This document shows positions 57,278 through 64,000 of a stretch of DNA of 64,000 nt, one piece after another (the first letter of the stretch is position 1; every line of letters starts with the position of its first letter). Source of the DNA: Lachnospiraceae bacterium. Its GTDB lineage: Bacteria > Bacillota > Clostridia > Lachnospirales > Lachnospiraceae. The notes under the pieces are model-generated. The model ran no database searches. It was not told where the DNA came from and saw only the letters and a program-made list of their open reading frames with translations. The position numbers were made by a program, and so were the translations under genes. The stretch spans positions 13,476 to 77,475 of the forward strand of contig JAIKXA010000060.1 of NCBI GenBank assembly GCA_024684355.1. Direction: 5' to 3'.

Positions 57278-58603
57278 ATGATTAATGCAAATGCAAAAAG
57301 AGTGGGCTTAGTATTAAGCCTACTCTTTATGTTAGTAATGATATTAAACGTGCCGGTATCGGCAGATACGGAAGATACCCCCGGTATGCATACGGACAGT
57401 TATGTCATGCAGTACCTGGAGATCACGGTTCCGGATACATACATAAAGCTTACCACCACATTGAAGGATTCAAACGAAAGCTGGAATAATGCGGGCATAG
57501 CCAATCCCGATGCAAAAAAGGACGAGTTTGAGACCAGAGGCGTGGTAGCTGCTTATTATGATCCCGCAACCAATGTAACCGTATACTTTATACAGAAAAA
57601 ATCAAACGAAGCCCTGGAAGTATTCGACATCACAGGATACAGCGAGACGCAGATGGTCGAATATGCCATGTCGATCCTGCCGGAGCTTGAAAACGTTGAG
57701 ACCGAAGTAACCATGTATAAGCATCCCGATATGAACATGTACAGGATGAAGATACATGAGACCATCGAAGACGGTATCGAAGAGATCGTATACGGCACCA
57801 TAGTTAACGGTATGGGCATACAGTTCAGCGTAGACAGCAGTATGTTCAAAGCCGGAGCAAACGAGGAAGCGCTTTTAAAGGTAGTCAATAACGTAAGGAT
57901 GACCAGGAAAATGACCAAAGCCGAATATGAGGCACAGGTCAGAAAAACCTGGACAACCATAGCTTGTTTCTTTGGCGGCGGTATATTGCTCATGGTGATC
58001 ATGTTCATCATAAGCAAACAGCAGAAAAAGAAGAAAAAAGCCAAGATAGAGTACATCTCCAAAAAGCTCTATGATTTTAGGCAAAAGAAAAAGAGCGGCG
58101 GCGTTGACGAGACCAATATCAAATACGTGGTAGAAACCGAGTACAACGCACAGCTGATCGAAGCCTACAGTGCCTTTAATTCATGGTTCAGGACCATAAA
58201 AAGAGACATTATCGCAGCGATCATATATGTTGCATTTGTAGGATACGCAACCTACCTCGGCAGCAAATTCGTTATGATAGTGGGTATCACGGTAGCATTC
58301 CTGCTCCTGTATTTCAAGTTTTCCGGAAAAGAAAAGTTCCAGGACAACATGATGAAGAGATACGAGATCAAAAAGAAAAAGAGCATTACCGCGGTATACA
58401 GATTCTATGATGAATACTTCACACAATCCGGTATAGATTCCATCGCAGAGTACATCTATCCGCAGGTATTCCGGCTGGCAAACTATCACGGTTATCTGTT
58501 GCTCTATATTTCCGAGGAAAACGCACTCGTTATAGACTTGGAAAAGATACCCGAAGAAGACAGGGTAACATTTGTAAAATTCTTATATGAAAAATCAAGA
58601 TGA
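57278..58603 (+). CDS. Hypothetical membrane protein (signal peptide, extracytoplasmic domain, 3 TM, YcxB-like C-terminus?)
   Basis: ATG at 57278, signal-like N-terminus, a K-rich juxtamembrane stretch and two further TM helices. The domain guess is weak. Confidence 0.65.
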   Translation: MINANAKRVGLVLSLLFMLVMILNVPVSADTEDTPGMHTDSYVMQYLEITVPDTYIKLTTTLKDSNESWNNAGIANPDAKKDEFETRGVVAAYYDPATNVTVYFIQKKSNEALEVFDITGYSETQMVEYAMSILPELENVETEVTMYKHPDMNMYRMKIHETIEDGIEEIVYGTIVNGMGIQFSVDSSMFKAGANEEALLKVVNNVRMTRKMTKAEYEAQVRKTWTTIACFFGGGILLMVIMFIISKQQKKKKKAKIEYISKKLYDFRQKKKSGGVDETNIKYVVETEYNAQLIEAYSAFNSWFRTIKRDIIAAIIYVAFVGYATYLGSKFVMIVGITVAFLLLYFKFSGKEKFQDNMMKRYEIKKKKSITAVYRFYDEYFTQSGIDSIAEYIYPQVFRLANYHGYLLLYISEENALVIDLEKIPEEDRVTFVKFLYEKSR

Positions 58604-58622
58604 AACAGAAAGGCTTTTTGAT

Positions 58623-60410
58623 ATGACACAATCAAGGACACACAACTGTAATGAACTCCGCATAAGCGATGTCGGAAAAAAAGTTACGCTTTGCGGCTGG
58701 TATGAAAACATGCGTAAGGTCAGCAAGACCTTGGGATTCCTGGTACTCAGGGACTTCTACGGGACCACACAGATAGTGGTTGAGACGGAAGACATGATGG
58801 ACATCTTAGACGGCATCAACAACGAGTCCACCATATCAGTAACCGGTACGGTAAGAGAAAGAAGCAGCAAGAATCCTAACCTTCCCACCGGTGATATCGA
58901 AGTAGTACCTGAGAAGATCGACATACTCGGAAAATGTATCTATAACGAGCTTCCCTTCGAGATCAACAGATCTACGGAAGCAGATGAGAACACCAGACTT
59001 AAGTACAGATTCCTTGATCTTCGTAATCCTGCAGTTAAGTCCAAGATAGTGCTCAGAAGCAAGGTAGTGGCAGACCTTCGCCGTGCCATGACAGAGGAAG
59101 GTTTCTTGGAGATCACCACTCCCATACTTACAGCATCATCACCCGAAGGCGCAAGAGATTACATAGTACCCAGCCGTAAGTTTCCCGGTAAGTTCTATGC
59201 ACTTCCCCAGGCACCCCAGCAGTTCAAGCAGCTCCTTATGACATCGGGCTTTGACCGTTATTTCCAGGTAGCTCCCTGCTTCAGAGATGAGGACGCCCGC
59301 GGTGACAGAACACCAGGTGAGTTCTACCAGCTAGATATGGAAATGGCTTTCGCTTCGCAGGATGACGTACTCGGAGTATTTGAAAGAGTATTACCGCCCG
59401 TATTTGAAAAATACGGAATATATAAGAGGATAACACCCGCACCTTTCAAGAGGATACCTTATCTTGAGGCACTTGAAAAGTACGGCACCGATAAACCCGA
59501 CCTTCGTATCGACCTCGAAATACAGGATGCTACGGATGTTCTTTCCGACATCGGATTTGACGCATTTGCGGGCAAGAAGATAAAGGTTATCACAGTATCC
59601 GACTTTACCGCTACAAGAAAGCAGATCGATCAGTTGGTAGCTGACGTAGAAGTACAGACAGCACGTAAGACCTACTGGTTCCGTATGGACGAGCAGGGCG
59701 AGATAGTAGGCGGTATAGCTAAGTTTATCCAGCCCGTAAAGGACAAGGTAGTAGCAGCACTTAACCTTAAGCCCGGTTACTTCGTAGGCATCGCAGCATG
59801 CGAAAAGCTTGATGTAGCCCAGAAGACAGCAGGCGTTATGCGTTCAAAGCTCGGTATCTTATGTCCTTCACATATGGACAAGGATCAGTACCAGTTCTGC
59901 TGGATAGTTGATTTCCCCATGTATGAGATAGGTGAGGAGTCTGGCGAGCTTGAGTTCTGCCACAATCCTTTCTCAATGCCCAACGGCGGCTTGGAGATAC
60001 TTGAAAAAGCAGAGAGAGGAGAGGTTGATCCTCTTACCATCACAGCCTTCCAGTATGACCTTGTAATAAACGGCTATGAATCCGCATCGGGTGCCGTAAG
60101 AAACCACAATCCCGAGATCATGGTCAAGGCATTTAACCTTGTAGGCTTGGGCGAGGAAGAAGTTAAGTCCAAGTTCCCCGCTATGTACAACGCATTCTGC
60201 TACGGAGCACCGCCTCATGCAGGAGCTGCACCCGGAGTAGACAGAATGATCATGCTGCTAACCGGAGAAGAGTCCATCCGTGAAGTAATACCTTTCCCTA
60301 TGAACGGAAAAGCACAGGATGTAATGTGCGGCGCACCCAGCACCGTAACAGAAAAGCAGCTTAGGGAAGTACATATCAAAATAGCTGACGAAGAAGAAAA
60401 AACAGAATAA
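58623..60410 (+). CDS. aspS: Aspartate--tRNA ligase (bacterial type)
   Basis: Starts MTQSRTHNCNELR. Class II motifs FRDEDARGDRTPEFYQLD-like and GAPPHAGAAPGVDR. Confidence 0.95.
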   Translation: MTQSRTHNCNELRISDVGKKVTLCGWYENMRKVSKTLGFLVLRDFYGTTQIVVETEDMMDILDGINNESTISVTGTVRERSSKNPNLPTGDIEVVPEKIDILGKCIYNELPFEINRSTEADENTRLKYRFLDLRNPAVKSKIVLRSKVVADLRRAMTEEGFLEITTPILTASSPEGARDYIVPSRKFPGKFYALPQAPQQFKQLLMTSGFDRYFQVAPCFRDEDARGDRTPGEFYQLDMEMAFASQDDVLGVFERVLPPVFEKYGIYKRITPAPFKRIPYLEALEKYGTDKPDLRIDLEIQDATDVLSDIGFDAFAGKKIKVITVSDFTATRKQIDQLVADVEVQTARKTYWFRMDEQGEIVGGIAKFIQPVKDKVVAALNLKPGYFVGIAACEKLDVAQKTAGVMRSKLGILCPSHMDKDQYQFCWIVDFPMYEIGEESGELEFCHNPFSMPNGGLEILEKAERGEVDPLTITAFQYDLVINGYESASGAVRNHNPEIMVKAFNLVGLGEEEVKSKFPAMYNAFCYGAPPHAGAAPGVDRMIMLLTGEESIREVIPFPMNGKAQDVMCGAPSTVTEKQLREVHIKIADEEEKTE

Positions 60411-60416
60411 ATAATA

Positions 60417-60454
60417 AATCGATCAGAGGGACGGTTCTCTGATCGATTTTTTTA
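60417..60454 (+). terminator. Rho-independent terminator after aspS
   Basis: A 12-bp perfect stem (60417-28 / 60437-48) followed by a T-run. Confidence 0.85.
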
Positions 60455-60563
60455 TTGCAAGATAATCGATTGTAAAAGGGAAACTTTTTTGGTATATTAA
60501 ATATCACAGGACCGGTTTGACGGTCCGCGGATTGGGTAATAAACAGAGGAGGTAGAAAGAGAC

Positions 60564-62996
60564 ATGAACATTTCAGACCGAGAGAGAAAAAATGCAGGAC
60601 TGGTAAGGGGATTACAGGCAGAATGTACGGTTCTGCTTAAGAAAAACGGGGATTTTCCGCTTGACGGACCATGCAGGCTGGCACTTTACGGAAACGGAGC
60701 CAGAAACACATTAAGAGGCGGTACAGGCTCAGGAGAGGTATATTCGCATTTCACTGTTTCTGCGGAAAAAGCCCTTGAAAAAGCAGGATTTACCATTACC
60801 ACCAAGGACTGGCTGGACACCTACGACGAGATAGTAAAAAAGAGCCGTAAGGCATTTGTAAACGATATAAAGAAAAGAGCAAAGGAAAAGCACGTAAACC
60901 CTGTATTTGAAGGTATGGGCGCAGTCATGCCCGAGCCCGATTACAAGATACCGTTAGAGGGTGAAGGAGATGCGGCTGTTTACGTACTTTCAAGGATCTG
61001 CGGCGAAGGTAACGACAGAGTGGCAGAGAAGGATATACTGCTGACAAGTACCGAGATCAACACCATCCTTGAGTTAAACAGACAGTTTGATAAATTCATG
61101 CTGGTACTTAACGTAGGCGGTCCCGTAGACCTGACACCGGTACTTGAAGTGGAAAACATCCTTCTGCTTTCACAGCTCGGTGCACTTACCGGGTATGCTT
61201 TGGCAGATATCCTTTTGGGAAAGAAAACACCATCCGGAAAGCTTGCCACAACATGGGTTTCATGGGATGAATACCCTGAGCTTTTCGACTTCGGAGATGC
61301 AGACGATACAAGATATAAAGAAGGCATCTATGTCGGCTACAGATACTTTAACACTGTAGGCACCAAGGTCTTATTCCCGTTCGGATACGGACTTTCCTAT
61401 ACGGAGTTCGGTGTTACGGCCGGCAAAGCGGAGCTTGACGGTGAGACCGTTACCACAAGCTTTGAAGTGGAAAATACCGGCAGCTGCACCGGTAAGGAAG
61501 TAGTGCAGGTATACGTTTCAAAACCTTCAGGAAAGCTTGACCAGCCCTCGACAGTACTAGCCGGATGGGTTAAGACGGATAAGCTTGCTCCCTGTGCCAA
61601 GGGCACATTTACGGTAAGCTTTGATATGTCTTCACTTGCAAGCTATGATACGGAAAGCACAAGCTACATCCTTGAAAAAGGAGAATATGTCCTTAAATAC
61701 GGTGTAAACAGTGCGGAGCTTACTTCCTATGCTGTGATCCGCCTGGATAAAGATATAGTGGTAAGAAAGGTGGAAAGCACCTTCGAGGCTCCCGATTTTG
61801 AAGACTTTAAGCCTGAAACAGCTGTAAGCAGCCTCAGCATAGCGGAAGAAAAGAGCGGTATACCGGTCCTGAAACTTAACAGCAAGGCTATAAAGACAGA
61901 GACCATAGATTATAATACCACGGTTGAAGTAACCGATGAGGTCAAGGAGCTTTTGGATGAAGACCTTGTATATCTCAATATCGGTGCATTTTTCGGAGGC
62001 GGTATCGGCGGCAGCATGATAGGAAATGCCGGCAGGCTAGTAGCCGGAGCTGCAGGTGAGACCACGGAAAAACTCCGTGACAGAGGCATCCCGTCACTTT
62101 CGATGGCCGACGGACCTGCGGGAGTACGTATCAGCCAAAAGTACTGGGTTGATGAGACAGGAGCCCACACGGTAGGAAACGAGATGCTTGAAGGGCTTGC
62201 GGACTTTTTACCTAAACCTGCTGTTATAATGGGTAAGCTGTTTAACAGATCAAAGCCCAAGAACGGCGAACAGATAGAAACACACTACGCTACAGCCATC
62301 CCGATAGGTACGGCTTTGGCACAGAGCTGGAACTTAAAGCTCGTTGAAAAATGCGGCGATATAGTGGGCGGCGAAATGCAGGAATTCGGTGTACATCTGT
62401 GGCTTGCACCCGCTATGAACATCCACAGACATGTCCGCTGTGGCAGAAACTTTGAGTATTACTCCGAGGATCCGCTCATCAGCGGCAAGATGGCGGCAGC
62501 CATTACCAAGGGCGTTCAGAAGCACAGCAACTGCGGGGTTACGATCAAGCATTTCTGCGTAAACAACCAGGAATACAACCGCTGCTTCAACAACAGTATA
62601 TTGAGCGAGAGAGCCTTGAGGGAGATATACTTAAGAGGCTACGAGATATGCGTAAAAGAAGCCCGGCCCGCTACGGTCATGTCATCCTACAACCTGCTTA
62701 ACGGCGTGCATACAAATGAAAGAAGAGGCTTACTCGAGGATATCTTAAGAAAAGAGTTCGGCTTTGACGGCATAGTAATGACCGACTGGATCATCGATGC
62801 GGTACCCAACCTTGGCACAAAGCATCCGAAGTCCGATGCCGCAAGGATCGCCGCAGCAGGCGGAGAGATTGTCATGCCGGGCAGCAAGCTTGATTACAAC
62901 AACATGACAGCAGCATTAAACGACGGTACACTTACCAGAGAGCAGCTGGAGATCAATGCAACAAGACTTATAAAAGTTATCCGATCGTTAGCATAA
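60564..62996 (+). CDS. GH3 beta-glucosidase with permuted domain order
   Basis: The N-terminal part resembles the GH3 C-terminal alpha/beta sandwich plus an Fn3-like domain. The C-terminal part carries GH3 catalytic-domain motifs KHFCVNNQEYNR, SYNLLNG and GIVMTDW. Confidence 0.88.
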   Translation: MNISDRERKNAGLVRGLQAECTVLLKKNGDFPLDGPCRLALYGNGARNTLRGGTGSGEVYSHFTVSAEKALEKAGFTITTKDWLDTYDEIVKKSRKAFVNDIKKRAKEKHVNPVFEGMGAVMPEPDYKIPLEGEGDAAVYVLSRICGEGNDRVAEKDILLTSTEINTILELNRQFDKFMLVLNVGGPVDLTPVLEVENILLLSQLGALTGYALADILLGKKTPSGKLATTWVSWDEYPELFDFGDADDTRYKEGIYVGYRYFNTVGTKVLFPFGYGLSYTEFGVTAGKAELDGETVTTSFEVENTGSCTGKEVVQVYVSKPSGKLDQPSTVLAGWVKTDKLAPCAKGTFTVSFDMSSLASYDTESTSYILEKGEYVLKYGVNSAELTSYAVIRLDKDIVVRKVESTFEAPDFEDFKPETAVSSLSIAEEKSGIPVLKLNSKAIKTETIDYNTTVEVTDEVKELLDEDLVYLNIGAFFGGGIGGSMIGNAGRLVAGAAGETTEKLRDRGIPSLSMADGPAGVRISQKYWVDETGAHTVGNEMLEGLADFLPKPAVIMGKLFNRSKPKNGEQIETHYATAIPIGTALAQSWNLKLVEKCGDIVGGEMQEFGVHLWLAPAMNIHRHVRCGRNFEYYSEDPLISGKMAAAITKGVQKHSNCGVTIKHFCVNNQEYNRCFNNSILSERALREIYLRGYEICVKEARPATVMSSYNLLNGVHTNERRGLLEDILRKEFGFDGIVMTDWIIDAVPNLGTKHPKSDAARIAAAGGEIVMPGSKLDYNNMTAALNDGTLTREQLEINATRLIKVIRSLA

Positions 62997-64000
62997 AACA
63001 ATAAACATCTCGGTTTCAAATTCATCGGCTTTTAGTCCGTACCCTTCCGCAATATCATTAACATTCATTTTGCCGGGCACAAGCTCTATTTCACCGCGGT
63101 AGTTAAATACTTTATCGGCACGTACGTAATCCTTAGCCGGATAAAGGTCGGCAGCCGGAGCGGAAGCGGTGGGTACCATGCAGGGATCGATATTACCGAA
63201 GAAAAAGCTTTTAAGCGGTTCTGTGGAGCCGGGGATATTAGTATCCCCGGCTTTTTTAGCAAAATCACAGTCTGCGTATATCCAGCCGTAAGGCTGAAGA
63301 TTGATGATCGCCCAGTCATGGCTTATTACATTGCCTGTAGTTGTACCGGAAGCTCCCTCAAAAGTATCAGAAAGAGCCCAGCCGCCCTGCCAGCGGGCAG
63401 GTATACCACACATCCTGCACATGGCGGTAAAGACAGTATTAAGGGTTTCACCTTCAGATAAAATATATTTATCGACCACAAGTTTATAGATAGTTTTGGC
63501 CAGTGTACCCTTTCCTATAGTCTTGGCAGTATCTTCGTCACATGTATCTTTACATAAAGTCTCAGCAGCTTTGCCGCATACACATTTGTCGGAATCGATC
63601 CCGTGAGAGGACAAAAACTCTTTATAGCTCTCCTTAAACTTTAGGCCCTTTTCCGGAGCTACGTCCCTTATCGTAACCTTGTCGGGGGTAAGAGCGGTAT
63701 AGGACTCGCATCCGCAGTGCCCTGCAGCCGAAAATCTGACGATCTCATCCTTCGTAAAGCTTTTCTGTGCTGTATTGTCTATTAGTGCGATATCGGGGCA
63801 TACATAGTCATGTACGGAGGAGAAGCCGTAGCTGATGCTAAAAGGAGTATTCTCCGTCATTATCTCGTTGAAATAAGCGCTTCTCTGCGGGAAATCCTCT
63901 ACGCTCATCATCCTGAACATGGGGTCGGAATCGACAAGATATCCTTCTTTTAACCATGCGGCATTGATGGGAGCGGGGAGATGTACCCGGACAGTACCGG
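62988..64000 (-). CDS. Transglutaminase-like cysteine protease-fold protein (N-terminus outside window)
   Basis: The frame stays open upstream of the M at 63920 to the window edge. Cys-His-Asp core context AMCRMCGIPARW ... SHDWAIINL ... YADCD. Confidence 0.7.
   Translation of the reverse strand, partial: GTVRVHLPAPINAAWLKEGYLVDSDPMFRMMSVEDFPQRSAYFNEIMTENTPFSISYGFSSVHDYVCPDIALIDNTAQKSFTKDEIVRFSAAGHCGCESYTALTPDKVTIRDVAPEKGLKFKESYKEFLSSHGIDSDKCVCGKAAETLCKDTCDEDTAKTIGKGTLAKTIYKLVVDKYILSEGETLNTVFTAMCRMCGIPARWQGGWALSDTFEGASGTTTGNVISHDWAIINLQPYGWIYADCDFAKKAGDTNIPGSTEPLKSFFFGNIDPCMVPTASAPAADLYPAKDYVRADKVFNYRGEIELVPGKMNVNDIAEGYGLKADEFETEMFIVLC

Noticed and set aside
62988-62996. The 9-nt overlap of the convergent stop regions of the GH3 and transglutaminase-like genes, with no terminator between them.
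   Set aside because: The overlap is real but unremarkable. Convergent overlaps of a few codons are common, and nothing else is encoded there.

Overview
The window reads as a core chromosomal segment of a moderate-GC Firmicute. It is probably a Clostridia/Lachnospiraceae organism (Butyrivibrio- or Pseudobutyrivibrio-like). That guess is an inference from gene order, the IspH-S1 fusion and a domain-permuted GH3 beta-glucosidase. About 58 protein genes are present, and all but three are on the + strand. In order they are: rlmN-stp-prkC-rsgA-rpe; a PilZ plus beta-propeller/HD-GYP c-di-GMP pair; ychF; a roughly 240-nt structured intergenic element; lgt; a compact dcw cluster (mraZ-rsmH-ftsL-PBP-murD-ftsW-ftsQ-ftsZ) with a clear MraZ operator; an orphan mrpEFG; rimO-pgsA; cmk-ispH::S1; an orphan cheR; and plsX-acpP-rnc-smc-ftsY. 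Next comes an accessory-looking five-gene cluster at 38.3-45.7 kb. It is built around an XpaC-like/TelA-like pair and flanked by three uncharacterised low-complexity proteins: an ER/K coiled-coil giant, a 3-TM protein and a Q/N-rich membrane protein. After that come xth, tRNA-Arg(ACG), a two-gene islet with a Panacea/DUF4065-like protein, typA, thrH, a GGDEF cyclase, GH94 cellobiose phosphorylase, two unknown membrane proteins, aspS, GH3 beta-glucosidase and a partial transglutaminase-like gene. I saw no rRNA, CRISPR array, transposase, integrase or prophage genes. The best candidate for something undescribed is the 38.3-45.7 kb cluster. Secondary curiosities are several GC-rich structured intergenic elements and a near-consensus promoter plus SD/ATG inside the ispH::S1 fusion. 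All family calls come from motif recognition in the supplied translations, and no searches were run.
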